NCBI GenBank assembly: GCA_942491865.1
Contig: CALOCI010000004.1
Coordinates: 789,713-853,712, forward strand
Length of the DNA stretch: 64,000 nucleotides
From: an uncultured Thermodesulfobacteriota bacterium
GTDB lineage: Bacteria > Desulfobacterota_D > UBA1144 > Nemesobacterales > UBA2774
Direction of reading: 5' to 3'
Shown here: positions 17,254 through 27,504 of the stretch, one piece after another
Numbering within the stretch: the stretch's first letter is position 1
Layout of the letters: the number at the start of each line of letters is the position of its first letter
Translations under genes and position numbers: made by a program
The notes under the pieces: model-generated
What the model was told of the DNA's origin: nothing
The model's database searches: none
Seen by the model: the letters and a program-made list of their open reading frames with translations, nothing else

Positions 17254-18057
17254 TTATCTGGTTAAATATAAAGCGGCTATTATCACAGCAAGCGCTAGTC
17301 TATAGACAACAAAGACTGTGTAGCTGGATTTTCTAACAAAACTTAATAGGAATTTAATAGCTAGAAAAGCAAACACCGCAGATGTTAAAACTCCGGCAAT
17401 AAAAGGCACGCTCATTACTGCTGTTGGGTCCAAATGACGGGCTTCAAATACTCCCGCTCCTGCAATAAGTGGAGCCCCTAATAAAAATGAAAACTTTGCA
17501 GCTTCTTCCCGATTAAGATTTCTAAACATTGCGCCTGTAATTGTTATCCCCGAGCGCGATACACCTGGGATAATTGCAAACGCCTGAGACAAACCAATTA
17601 TTATGCAATCAACCATATTCATTTCCCTAACTTCCTTATTCTTTTGAGAAGTCCGATCTGAAAAGTACAGCAGGACTCCGAAAAAAGAGAGTGTGAATGC
17701 TATAGACAAGGGATGTCGAAGAATTCCAGCTGCATATTGTTCAAAAAGCACACCTGCTAATGCGCCTGGAATAGTGGCGATAATTAGATATAAACCAGTT
17801 TTTCCGTTGGGACGACCTTCAAAACTCCAACTAATAACGCTCTGAATAAATTCCGTTATTATTAAAATCCAATCACGCCAGAAGTAATAGATAATTGCTA
17901 ACAAACTGCCCATATGAAGTGCTACATTAAAAGGAAGCCCTTGGTCTGTCCATGAGAAAAACCAGGGAAAAAGTACCAGGTGTGCAGTGCTGCTGACCGG
18001 CAGAAACTCGGTAATCCCTTGAATAGCGCCTAATATTATTGACTGTATTAAATCCAA
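17254..18057 (-). CDS. uppP: Undecaprenyl-diphosphate phosphatase
   Basis: 'GITEFLPVSSTAHL' and 'PGVSRSGITI' signatures. TTG start abutting the uvrA stop. Confidence 0.9.
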   Translation of the reverse strand: MDLIQSIILGAIQGITEFLPVSSTAHLVLFPWFFSWTDQGLPFNVALHMGSLLAIIYYFWRDWILIITEFIQSVISWSFEGRPNGKTGLYLIIATIPGALAGVLFEQYAAGILRHPLSIAFTLSFFGVLLYFSDRTSQKNKEVREMNMVDCIIIGLSQAFAIIPGVSRSGITITGAMFRNLNREEAAKFSFLLGAPLIAGAGVFEARHLDPTAVMSVPFIAGVLTSAVFAFLAIKFLLSFVRKSSYTVFVVYRLALAVIIAALYLTR

Positions 18058-20883
18058 TTAATGAGATCCTTTTTTAGATTTGTTAGATAAGACCTTCTTC
18101 AAAAATTGGCCAGTATACGAAACTTTAACTTTAGAAACTTTCTCCGGAGTCCCTTGAGCTACAATCTGCCCGCCAGCCTCTCCACCTTCAGGACCCATAT
18201 CTATTACATGGTCTGCACATTTTATTACATCAAGATTGTGCTCAATTACTATAACAGTATTTCCTTTATTGGTAAGCTCCTGGAGTACGAGGAGTAGCTT
18301 TCTGACATCATCAAAGTGAAGCCCTATTGTAGGCTCATCAAGTATATATATTGTATTTCCTGTAGCACGGCGGGAGAGTTCTTTAGAAAGTTTAATTCTC
18401 TGAGCTTCTCCTCCCGAAAGAGTAGTTGCAGCCTGGCCTAATCTGATATATTCAAGCCCTACTGCTTCAAGAACCTCAAGCTTAGATTTTAAGTGTGGAA
18501 CATTTTTGAAAAACTCATGGGCTTCACTAACTGTCATATCAAGAACATCTGCAATATTCTTTCCATTGTATTTAATCTCCAAAGTTTCGGAGTTGTACCT
18601 GCTTCCACCACAGCGCTCACAAGTAACATAAACGTCCGGAAGAAAATGCATCTCAATTTTTTCAGTTCCGTGCCCTGCGCATACACTACACCGACCATCA
18701 CCTACATTAAAACTAAACCTTCCCGCTTTATAACCGCGGGCATTGGATTGAGGAAGCATCGCGAACAGATCTCTGATCGGAGAGAATAGACCTGTATATG
18801 TAGCAGGATTGGATCTAGGGGTCCTTCCAATAGGACTTTGCTCTACATTTAAAACCTTATCAATATCCTTGAAGCCAATCATTTTCTTATGCTTGCCAAT
18901 CGGATCTTTACTTCTATAGATAGAATGACTGAGCGTATTATAAAGAGTATCGATAACAAGTGTGCTTTTCCCTGATCCCGAAACGCCTGTGACACAGGTG
19001 AAAACTCCTAATGGAAATTTAGCATCAATACTTTTTAGATTATGTTCAGTTGCAGCATTTATGGAAATATATCCCTTGGGCTTTCTATGAGTCTTTGGCG
19101 GAACAATTTCAATTGCGCCAGATAAGTATCCACCGGTCAGAGATTCTTTATTCTTGACTAAATCACTAATCCCGCCGCTTGATACTATAAGCCCTCCCTT
19201 TTCCCCAGCACCAGGGCCTATATCTACAACATAATCGGCATTTCTAATAGTATCCTCATCATGTTCCACAACTATTACCGAGTTGCCACTGTCTCTTAAG
19301 GACTTAAGTGTTTCAATCAGTTTTAAATTGTCTCTGGAATGAAGCCCGATTGTAGGTTCATCAAGAACATATGTAATTCCGGTTAGCTTTGATCCGACCT
19401 GAGTGGCAAGCCTTATCCTCTGAGCTTCGCCGCCTGATAGGGTTGGAGCTGGGCGGTCTAGAGAAAGGTAGCTGAGCCCAACATCATCTAAGAAATTGAG
19501 CCTGGATTTAATCTCCTTAGTTATTCTATCGCCTATCAATTCATCTCGACCTATAAGATTCAGATTGTCAAAAAACTGACGGGCACTTTCAACAGGCATC
19601 TTAGATAGATCGTGAATAGACTTATTCTCAACAAGAATTGAAAGCGCTTCTTTTCTAAGCCTTGCCCCGCCGCAGACTGTGCATGTTGATGTTCTCATAT
19701 ACTGGGAGAGTTTATCTCTAATCTCAGGGGATTCTGTCTCCCTAAACCACTGGGAAGTTATACCTAAAACCCCTGAATAAGTTTCCCAGTATTTTAGCAC
19801 TCTCCCCTTTCTTTCCTTATAAAACATAACCTCTTCATCGCCTGAGCCGTGGACAATTATCTTTTTGATTTTGGCAGGGAGCTTACTAAAGGGGATATCC
19901 AGACTAAATTCGAAGTATTCTGAGACATTATCAATAATTTGTTTAAAATAACTAGAATTTTGCCAGGGTACGATTGCGCCTTCGGAAATTGAGAGATCAG
20001 TATCAATCAAGAGCTCAGGATCACAAAAGGATGTTGTCCCTATACCGTGACATTCCCTGCATGAACCATAAGGACTATTAAATGAAAAAAGTCGAGGAGA
20101 GATTTCAGGGTAACTCATTCCACACTCTGGGCACGCGAACTTATCGCTGAATGTAAACTTTTCCCCTTTATTTGATTCTACTACAGCTACACCGCCAGAG
20201 CGCTTAAGCGCTATTTGCAATGACTCCCTTATCCTCTCTGCCATACTCTCAGAGCGAATTATAGCAACATCTACCAAAAGTTCTATAGTGTGTTTCTTGT
20301 TCTTATTAATAGTAATTTCGTCATCGAGGTCATAAATATCCCCGTCAATTCTAACCCTGAGATATCCCTCCGATCTTAGGTCTTCAAGTTCTTTTCGATA
20401 CTCTCCCTTCCTTCCTTGAACAATAGGAGAGTAGATTGAAACCTTTTCTCCTTTTCCAAGTGATGAGACTCGCTCTACCATTTTATCGAGACTTTGGGCA
20501 GAGATCTCTACACCGCATTTATGGCAATAAGGTTTGCCTATACGGGCAAATAAGAGCCGCAAGAAATCGTAGATTTCTGTTATTGTCCCCACAGTTGATC
20601 TAGGGTTTCTTTGAAATGTTTTTTGGTCTACGGAGATTGAAGGAGAAAGACCTTCTATTGAATCTACATCGGGCTTATCAATCTTTTCAACAAATTGCCT
20701 TGCATAGGCAGAGAGAGATTCCATATACCTTCTCTGACCCTCTGCAAATATTGTATCGAAGGCAAGCGAGGATTTCCCTGACCCGCTCACACCTGTTATG
20801 ACAACAAGCTTTCCTCTGGGAATAGAGAGAGAAACATCCTTTAGATTATGTTCCCTTGCCCCTGTGATTTTTATGGATTCCAA
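18058..20883 (-). CDS. uvrA: Excinuclease ABC subunit A
   Basis: 941 aa. Two ABC modules ('GVSGSGKSS', 'GVSGSGKST', two 'LSGGEAQRI') and zinc-finger Cys clusters. Confidence 0.97.
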   Translation of the reverse strand: MESIKITGAREHNLKDVSLSIPRGKLVVITGVSGSGKSSLAFDTIFAEGQRRYMESLSAYARQFVEKIDKPDVDSIEGLSPSISVDQKTFQRNPRSTVGTITEIYDFLRLLFARIGKPYCHKCGVEISAQSLDKMVERVSSLGKGEKVSIYSPIVQGRKGEYRKELEDLRSEGYLRVRIDGDIYDLDDEITINKNKKHTIELLVDVAIIRSESMAERIRESLQIALKRSGGVAVVESNKGEKFTFSDKFACPECGMSYPEISPRLFSFNSPYGSCRECHGIGTTSFCDPELLIDTDLSISEGAIVPWQNSSYFKQIIDNVSEYFEFSLDIPFSKLPAKIKKIIVHGSGDEEVMFYKERKGRVLKYWETYSGVLGITSQWFRETESPEIRDKLSQYMRTSTCTVCGGARLRKEALSILVENKSIHDLSKMPVESARQFFDNLNLIGRDELIGDRITKEIKSRLNFLDDVGLSYLSLDRPAPTLSGGEAQRIRLATQVGSKLTGITYVLDEPTIGLHSRDNLKLIETLKSLRDSGNSVIVVEHDEDTIRNADYVVDIGPGAGEKGGLIVSSGGISDLVKNKESLTGGYLSGAIEIVPPKTHRKPKGYISINAATEHNLKSIDAKFPLGVFTCVTGVSGSGKSTLVIDTLYNTLSHSIYRSKDPIGKHKKMIGFKDIDKVLNVEQSPIGRTPRSNPATYTGLFSPIRDLFAMLPQSNARGYKAGRFSFNVGDGRCSVCAGHGTEKIEMHFLPDVYVTCERCGGSRYNSETLEIKYNGKNIADVLDMTVSEAHEFFKNVPHLKSKLEVLEAVGLEYIRLGQAATTLSGGEAQRIKLSKELSRRATGNTIYILDEPTIGLHFDDVRKLLLVLQELTNKGNTVIVIEHNLDVIKCADHVIDMGPEGGEAGGQIVAQGTPEKVSKVKVSYTGQFLKKVLSNKSKKGSH

Positions 20884-20969
20884 AGTGCCCTTAAGTTTAC
20901 CAGCAATTTATAGAGTCATGACAATCTCTTCTTAATAATACAACCTGAAGCTTTATAGTTAGAAAACCA

Positions 20970-22043
20970 TTATTTGAACGACTTTATTTCTTGAACGGTT
21001 TTCTTGTCCAGTTTTTGAACAAGAGCTTTTAAAAGCTTAACAGTATAATCAAAATCGTCTCTGTGTATTATGGAGTTATGACTATGTATATGACGTGATG
21101 GAACCCCTAAAACTACAGTAGGCACACCAGACTTATATAGATGAATAACCGAACCGTCTGTAGCTCCTCCTTCCATGGTTGTGAATTGCAGAGGAATCTT
21201 GTTTTTCTTAGCTGTATCAATTACTAAATCTCTGAGTTTGAGATTTGGTATCATGCGGGCGTCATATAAAAGCAAAGAAGGGCCGCCGGCAAACTTGGTT
21301 GATGATTCATCGGGTTTTATCCCCGGGACGTCACCTGCAATATCTGACTCAAGAATTATTGCAATATCGGGTTCAACCATTTCTACGCTAGTTGTTGCTC
21401 CCCTAACTCCTACCTCTTCTTGCACAGTTGCAACTCCATAAAGAGTGTTGGGATGACTTTTCTTAAGAGAGCTAAGCGCCGAAATAACAACACCACATCC
21501 CACGCGGTCGTCAAATGCCTTGCTCATATATGTTTTAGGATTAGCTAATACTGTGAATTCACTGACCGGGACTATCGGGTCTCCTATTCTTACTCCTGCT
21601 TTCTCAATATCTTTCTCAGAAGTAGCTCCAATATCAATGTACATATTCTTCCTAACAACTACTTTATTTCTTTCCTCAGGTGATAGAAGATGAGGAGGTT
21701 TAGCTCCTATAACCCCAACTACATCCCCTTTATTTGTTTTGATAAGAACTCTCTGCCCAAGCAGAACCTGGTCCCACCAACCACCCAATGGTGTAAACCT
21801 TATAAAACCATCAGACGATATGTGTTTGACCATAAATCCAACTTCATCCATATGTCCTGCTAACATTATTTTAGGAGATGGGTCTTTGCCAACTTTCTTA
21901 CAGATAAGACTTCCCATATTATCTTCTTCTACATCTCCGATGGGTTTAAAGTGATTTCTAATAACTTTACGCACCTCAGCCTCATAACCGGGAATACCGT
22001 GTGCTTCAGTTAGTTCTTTAAGTAAATTTTCAGTCTTATCCAT
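20970..22043 (-). CDS. M42-family aminopeptidase (FrvX/PepA-like)
   Basis: 'GHMDEVGFMV', 'AFDDRVGC', 'QEEVGVRGA' and 'HS' motifs. Confidence 0.85.
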   Translation of the reverse strand: MDKTENLLKELTEAHGIPGYEAEVRKVIRNHFKPIGDVEEDNMGSLICKKVGKDPSPKIMLAGHMDEVGFMVKHISSDGFIRFTPLGGWWDQVLLGQRVLIKTNKGDVVGVIGAKPPHLLSPEERNKVVVRKNMYIDIGATSEKDIEKAGVRIGDPIVPVSEFTVLANPKTYMSKAFDDRVGCGVVISALSSLKKSHPNTLYGVATVQEEVGVRGATTSVEMVEPDIAIILESDIAGDVPGIKPDESSTKFAGGPSLLLYDARMIPNLKLRDLVIDTAKKNKIPLQFTTMEGGATDGSVIHLYKSGVPTVVLGVPSRHIHSHNSIIHRDDFDYTVKLLKALVQKLDKKTVQEIKSFK

Positions 22044-22213
22044 GAAGTTTGCTCCTCAAAGTACAAATTTTTGAACATTTTTGTATATATGTGATTATTA
22101 AGCAGTACCCAAAATTATCACTGCTACAAGTATTGCTTGTCAATAATATTTGTGCTCGGTATCCTTTGGGATTAAGGTAGCTGATATATATTATTAGTAT
22201 TACGGAGAAAACA

Positions 22214-22621
22214 ATGAAAAAATATAATTTACTATTTGCATTACTACTCATCATTTCATCCATAACATATGCGCAGGAAGATGAAACTATTAAATTTTAC
22301 ACTTCATATGTAGAAGCTACTAAGAAAGCTAAATCCATTAATGATCTAAAACCTTACTTATCAGAAGCAAATGTAAATCAACTGGCTGAGATAACTAAAC
22401 AAGATGAAGCTCTCTTTCTTGAAATCGTAAAAGAAGAACGAAAAAAGATTAAAATAACCAATACTTCATCCAAAATAACCGGTGATACCGCTATATTAAC
22501 AGTTGATGGAACGGATACCACTACCAATGATCCCATTGACGGTATTGTGTACTTAGTGAAAGAAAACGGGCAATGGAAATTTGTGCAAGAAGAATTTATA
22601 GCTGATGTTGTAATTGAGTAA
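22214..22621 (+). CDS. Small secreted protein, unknown function (NTF2-like/DUF4878-like by impression)
   Basis: Signal peptide 'LLFALLLIISSITYAQ'. GGAGAAAACA ATG context. Confidence 0.5.
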   Translation: MKKYNLLFALLLIISSITYAQEDETIKFYTSYVEATKKAKSINDLKPYLSEANVNQLAEITKQDEALFLEIVKEERKKIKITNTSSKITGDTAILTVDGTDTTTNDPIDGIVYLVKENGQWKFVQEEFIADVVIE

Positions 22622-22698
22622 TTAGCTTTTCTGTTTCCACTATAACTATATAGGAATTCAGAGTTAACTGGTTCCAAGGAATTTAAAATTCAAATTGA

Positions 22699-23667
22699 AT
22701 GATTGAATATAATGATGGAATACACTTAAAAGGAACTGGGCTCTGGTTCGATTCAAAAAAGAAAGCAGGACTTTCTTTTATATCTAATGCTAATGTAGAT
22801 AAATTTACTGTTCCAGAAAAAACTATAGCTACCCCAGAGACTGTAAAATTTTTAGAGAAAAAGATTAGAAAATCTATAATTCTTTCCTGTCCATATTACA
22901 GACCATTTACACTTGGCAATCTCCAAGTTGAACTTGTACCCTCTGGACATATGCTCGGTTCCTCACAGATGGTCGTTGATAAAGGTGAAAAGACTTTAAT
23001 CTATACTGGGGATTTGAATCTAAAGAGGCTCCCGACTACAGAAGCGGCATATTCCACAAAGTGTGATGTTTTGGTTTTAAAATCTACCTTTGCATTACCA
23101 GAGTATATTTTCCCTAAATTTGAAGAATCCATAAAACCTCTTATCAAATTTATCGAAGACGCATTTTCTTCACATTCTACTCCTGTAATATTGGTAGAGC
23201 CCATGGGAATTGGGCAAGATATCATTAAATATCTAGGAGAAAATGGATTTAAGATTAGTCTTCATAAATCAATTTATAATGTTACGAAAATTTACGAGGA
23301 TTTCGGGGTCAATTTTGGAGATTATGAGCGATTGAAGTCTGACAAAACTGAAGAAAGGGTTGTTATAATACCACCAGATAAAATAGAATCGGACGACTTA
23401 AAAAAAATAAAAAGTAAGAGATTAGCGATTATTATAGAAAGCGGCGGAAAGGAAATATCTTCTGTTAAATCAGAATTTAATGTTGATGAAGTATTTACTT
23501 TTAGTACTAAGGCTGGATATAACGAGCTATTAGAATACATAGAGAAGGCAAGTCCTGAAAAAATCTATTTAGTAGACCGGCATGCAAATGAATTTGCTAA
23601 AATACTAGAAGAAAAAGGCTATCAAGCGATAGCTCTGGAAAAACCTACTCAGCTTAATCTTTTATAG
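22699..23667 (+). CDS. MBL-fold/beta-CASP-like protein (ligase-associated-exonuclease-like layout) with degenerate metal-binding motifs
   Basis: Collinear with the family: 'GLWFDSKKKAGLSFISNANVDK' where HxHxDH is expected, 'SGHMLGSSQ', 'YTGDLN', 'LKSTF'. Confidence 0.6.
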   Translation: MIEYNDGIHLKGTGLWFDSKKKAGLSFISNANVDKFTVPEKTIATPETVKFLEKKIRKSIILSCPYYRPFTLGNLQVELVPSGHMLGSSQMVVDKGEKTLIYTGDLNLKRLPTTEAAYSTKCDVLVLKSTFALPEYIFPKFEESIKPLIKFIEDAFSSHSTPVILVEPMGIGQDIIKYLGENGFKISLHKSIYNVTKIYEDFGVNFGDYERLKSDKTEERVVIIPPDKIESDDLKKIKSKRLAIIIESGGKEISSVKSEFNVDEVFTFSTKAGYNELLEYIEKASPEKIYLVDRHANEFAKILEEKGYQAIALEKPTQLNLL

Positions 23668-23676
23668 GAGGGCCTG

Positions 23677-24096
23677 TTGGGAGTAATAACTCAAGGTCTA
23701 AGAATTGAAACAAACGGTGAGACGGATTTAATAGATATCACGCCTGAAGTCGCAAAAGGTGTTAGTGATTCAGGGTTATCATCTGGAACCGTAACCATAT
23801 TTATTCCCGGATCAACTGCTGGAGTTACAACTATTGAATATGAGGCTGGGGCGATTAGAGATTTCCAGGAAGCGATCAATAGAATTGCCCCTATGGATAT
23901 CGACTACCATCACGATGCACGTTGGGGAGACGGCAACGGATACTCTCATGTAAGAGCCGCTTTACTGGGCCCATCTCTTAGTGTTCCATTTGCTTCCTCC
24001 AGACTTTTGCTTGGAACATGGCAACAGATAATAATTGTGGATTTTGACAACCGTCCCAGGTCTAGAGAGATAATTCTTCAAATAATGGGTGAGTAG
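23677..24096 (+). CDS. YjbQ/UPF0047 family protein (secondary thiamine-phosphate synthase family)
   Basis: 'TVTIFIPGSTAGVTTIEYE', 'GNGYSHVRAALLGPS' and 'LGTWQQI' motifs. GGAGG lies 5 nt before the TTG start. Confidence 0.8.
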   Translation: MGVITQGLRIETNGETDLIDITPEVAKGVSDSGLSSGTVTIFIPGSTAGVTTIEYEAGAIRDFQEAINRIAPMDIDYHHDARWGDGNGYSHVRAALLGPSLSVPFASSRLLLGTWQQIIIVDFDNRPRSREIILQIMGE

Positions 24097-24126
24097 TGGG
24101 GCAGCCCGAAGACCACCCCAGAATTT

Positions 24127-24786
24127 TTAGACAAATTTTACAGAAAAATGTTTTTTGTGTTTAACGTTTAAATTAACAATTAGAGGTGTAATAGCTTCAA
24201 TCATTGGAGAGAGTTTAAGTGGTCCAGCGTCTAATACTCTCATAGTTGGCATATCTTCTGTAAGCTTTGTAACTATTTGCTTTGCTTCCTCATCATCCCC
24301 GCAAATTACCACATCATAATCAAGATCCACTTCAACTTGACTAAGCTCCTTAGCAGGAAGGTTGTGATATGCAGAAACTAGTCTTGCCGTATCCGGGAGT
24401 GCTGCTTGAATCTCTAAAGCAGATGAACCATGCGCTGGTGGATCAAATACAAAACTTTTATCTTCATGTCTAGTCATAGGTACCACAGGTGTAACAACAA
24501 CCTGATTGGTGAAGCTGTCCTTTATTGACTCAATTGTTGATGCAGCATACTCAGGAGGGATACTAATAATTACAACCTCGGCAGCTTTTGCAGCATCAGC
24601 GTTTGCCATTCCTGTAATCTGTCCCTCTATACCCAAACTCGATAACTTCTCTTTATATTCATCTGTAATAGTTTGAGCTTTCTCTTCACTCCTCGACCCT
24701 ACGATAATTTCATGCCCTGCCTTGGACCATCTGAGCACTAGTCCTTCAGCTATATCTCCTGTGCCACCTAATAGTGCTATCTTCAT
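24127..24786 (-). CDS. fno: NADPH-dependent F420 reductase (Fno/NpdG family)
   Basis: 'MKIALLGGTGDIAEGL...GHEIIVGSRSEEKA' Rossmann N-terminus, about 219 aa, 'VICGDDEEAK' and 'LDAGPL...PL' blocks as in archaeal Fno. Confidence 0.85.
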   Translation of the reverse strand: MKIALLGGTGDIAEGLVLRWSKAGHEIIVGSRSEEKAQTITDEYKEKLSSLGIEGQITGMANADAAKAAEVVIISIPPEYAASTIESIKDSFTNQVVVTPVVPMTRHEDKSFVFDPPAHGSSALEIQAALPDTARLVSAYHNLPAKELSQVEVDLDYDVVICGDDEEAKQIVTKLTEDMPTMRVLDAGPLKLSPMIEAITPLIVNLNVKHKKHFSVKFV

Positions 24787-24922
24787 TTTATATTTCTCCT
24801 CTTACTTTAAAGTGCATTTAGTGTAACAAAAATGCCCATCTAGTAAAGGGACTCACAACTATATTAGTAATACGAACATTATGTTTTATACCAGTAATAA
24901 GGAATTGAGACTAATTTAGAAA

Positions 24923-25402
24923 TTAAAACTTTCTCTTTAAATACAAGAACACGGAAAAACTGTCTTCGTTAAAAAAACGGTCCCCATTTGCAAGTATACC
25001 ATCTGGGATAGCTACGAATGGAACAACTCCTCCGAAAAAAATGGTGTCTCTTGGCTTTCCATCTCCAAACTTAAGCATATAATCTTCTACAAATTCAACC
25101 CCAGGATCAGGCAGGAGAGAAATTTGCTCATCGTTCTCACTGAAGGTTTTATCAGCTGGTGATGAAGAATCTTTACTAATTGGAGCATCCGGCTTAACTT
25201 TCAAATTAGGTTTGCAAGTATTACTGGATGTCATTGTTTCATAATCCAGACAGACAGAGTTGTTCTCTTCGGAAAGAACCTGATCTCCGTTAATTGAAAC
25301 CGGTAAAATAGGGGAACGCTGTGCAATCAGTTCGTCACCAAAAGAATGCAAACCAGACCCTAAAAAAACTGTTATTATAAAAACCCACAAACAAACCCGC
25401 AT
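24923..25402 (-). CDS. Secreted hypothetical protein
   Basis: Signal peptide from the internal Met 'MRVCLWVFIITVFLGSG'. No recognised domain. Confidence 0.45.
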   Translation of the reverse strand: MRVCLWVFIITVFLGSGLHSFGDELIAQRSPILPVSINGDQVLSEENNSVCLDYETMTSSNTCKPNLKVKPDAPISKDSSSPADKTFSENDEQISLLPDPGVEFVEDYMLKFGDGKPRDTIFFGGVVPFVAIPDGILANGDRFFNEDSFSVFLYLKRKF

Positions 25403-25420
25403 TCTAACTACCTCTAGCAC

Positions 25421-25450
25421 TCAAAATATGCTGGTTAAGATATACCAGCA
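25421..25450 (-). terminator. Possible terminator of the alpha/beta hydrolase gene
   Basis: TGCTGGT (25429-25435) pairs with ACCAGCA (25444-25450). The minus strand then reads TATTTTG. Confidence 0.35.
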
Positions 25451-25537
25451 CTTTTACATCACCCGCATTAAATATAATTGCTAGTATCTAACAATTCAAT
25501 AGTTTTTATTTAAACAACTTTTCTTAAGTGCCGTGTA

Positions 25538-26317
25538 TTACTCAATAAAATTATTCAGAAAGTCCTCTATTATGTTATTAACGTCTTGGGCTTTTTCCTG
25601 CATAACAAAATGACCCGAGCCTTTTATTTCATAAAGTTCTGAACCATAAATTTTTTGATGAAGATATTCTCCATACTTAGCTGGTGTCATAATGTCCTTA
25701 TCAGCAGAGATAATTAGAGTAGGAATATGGATTTTTTCAACCTCATTCATTATATCAAATTTGTTGCAAGCTATTAAGTCTCCGTAGCAAACCTCTGATC
25801 CTGTATCAATCAGTCCTCTCCGGTACTCATCCTTTAATTCTTGTGAAGATTCTTCGGCGAATGCCCTCGTAGGAGAAATTTCATAAAATTCTTCAAAATT
25901 GTGCCGAACCTTATCCAGCGTCTCAGTTGCCACACTTAGCTTTGCGCTTGTAGCTACTAAAACTATTGCTTTAAGTAATTCGGGGTGTTCGATAGCCAAA
26001 AGCATTGCAATTCCTCCACCCATGGAATGACCGATCAAAATTATATTTTCTAATTCCAATGTATCAATAAATTCTAACAAGAAGTCTTTATACTCTTTTA
26101 GAGTCTGGAGCCCTGTTCCTTCTGAGCCCGCCCGGCCTGGTAAATCGAGAGCTATGTAATTAAAATTAGGATGGTTTTTAAATAAATCTTCCTGAAATCT
26201 CCATGTATATGCTCTTTGCCCTGCACCATGAACAAATAAGAGTGTAGGACGAGAGTTATTGAACTTCTCCCCTTCTATGTAATGTATAAGATTTCCCTGA
26301 ATTGATACTTTAGACAT
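25538..26317 (-). CDS. Alpha/beta-fold hydrolase
   Basis: 'LLFVHGAG', nucleophile elbow 'GHSMGG' and C-terminal 'GSGHF'. Confidence 0.8.
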   Translation of the reverse strand: MSKVSIQGNLIHYIEGEKFNNSRPTLLFVHGAGQRAYTWRFQEDLFKNHPNFNYIALDLPGRAGSEGTGLQTLKEYKDFLLEFIDTLELENIILIGHSMGGGIAMLLAIEHPELLKAIVLVATSAKLSVATETLDKVRHNFEEFYEISPTRAFAEESSQELKDEYRRGLIDTGSEVCYGDLIACNKFDIMNEVEKIHIPTLIISADKDIMTPAKYGEYLHQKIYGSELYEIKGSGHFVMQEKAQDVNNIIEDFLNNFIE

Positions 26318-26374
26318 TACTATATTATCGCATATTGAAATACTGGAGCTAGCTACTATCTACAGTATTTGTTA

Positions 26375-26674
26375 TTAAAATCTGGTGGCTAAATCAGCTA
26401 TAGATTGAACTAGAAATGTTTTCAAGAAATAAATCACAGCAATAACTACTAGTGGGGACAAATCTAGTGTTCCGCCTATAGGGGGTATTATCCTTCTTGC
26501 ATACGTAAGCACAGGTTCCGTAGCTCGATATAAAAACTGAACGATAGGATTATACGGGCTTGGACTGACCCAAGAAATTATTGCCCTGGCAACAATAATA
26601 TATAAGTAAATTGTAAGAAATAGGTTAAGAACTTCTGCAATACCCTCTAAAAAGTTTCCACCCAAAATATCCAT
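26375..26674 (-). CDS. yggT: YggT family membrane protein
   Basis: 99 aa with 'ARAIISWV' and 'DLSPLV' motifs. Downstream of proC with a TAATG overlap. Confidence 0.8.
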   Translation of the reverse strand: MDILGGNFLEGIAEVLNLFLTIYLYIIVARAIISWVSPSPYNPIVQFLYRATEPVLTYARRIIPPIGGTLDLSPLVVIAVIYFLKTFLVQSIADLATRF

Positions 26675-27489
26675 TATTTATCTCCCTTAGAAAGTTCCTT
26701 TGATCTACGAGTCGCCGCTTCTACAGCCGAAATAGTGCTTGAACGAAATCCGCCTTTTTCCAAATGATGTATACCCTCGATAGTAGTTCCACCCGGGGAT
26801 GAAACCTTATCCTTAAACTGAGCTGGATGAGCATCGCCCTCTATAATCATTTTCGCGGTACCATAAACTGTTTGAGCAGCTAGTCTATGAGCCAAATCTC
26901 TTGGAAGGCCCATCTTAACCCCTCCATCAGAAAGGGCTTCTATAAAAATTGATACATAAGCAGGGCCGCTTCCGCTAAGTCCCGTTACAGGGTTCAATAG
27001 ACCCTCATCCTCTATAATATGCGCTATGCCAACGGATCCAAATATTTCTTTAACACTATCTTTTTCCTTCTCAGTCACATTTTCATTACAATAAAGCACC
27101 GAAGCTCCTGCAAGAACTAGGGCTGGAGTATTTGGCATCACTCTAACAATCTTTGACTTCTTTTTAAGCAACTTCGAAATTTGTGTGGTCTGTATACCTG
27201 CTGCTATTGATATTATAATTTTTTTAGATGTTACAGACGTTTTTATTTCACTTACTACTTTTGCAATATGGTTAGGTTTTACCGATAAAACGATGATGTC
27301 CGATTCTTTGGAAAGTTCTTTGTTATCACATGCTATATTTACTTTATAAGTTGATTTTATATGGTCGACTCTTTTCTTAGCTATATCTGTAATAAATATT
27401 TGGTCGCTCTTAAAGAGCTTAGACGAAATAAGCCCGTTTATTAGAGCTTCTGCCATGTTACCTGCACCTATAAATCCTATCTTATTCAT
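26674..27489 (-). CDS. proC: Pyrroline-5-carboxylate reductase
   Basis: 'IGFIGAGNMAEALI', 'RVMPNTPA' and 'SPGGTT' motifs. Confidence 0.92.
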   Translation of the reverse strand: MNKIGFIGAGNMAEALINGLISSKLFKSDQIFITDIAKKRVDHIKSTYKVNIACDNKELSKESDIIVLSVKPNHIAKVVSEIKTSVTSKKIIISIAAGIQTTQISKLLKKKSKIVRVMPNTPALVLAGASVLYCNENVTEKEKDSVKEIFGSVGIAHIIEDEGLLNPVTGLSGSGPAYVSIFIEALSDGGVKMGLPRDLAHRLAAQTVYGTAKMIIEGDAHPAQFKDKVSSPGGTTIEGIHHLEKGGFRSSTISAVEAATRRSKELSKGDK

Positions 27490-27504
27490 CTCTTTTCTCG
27501 TTTA

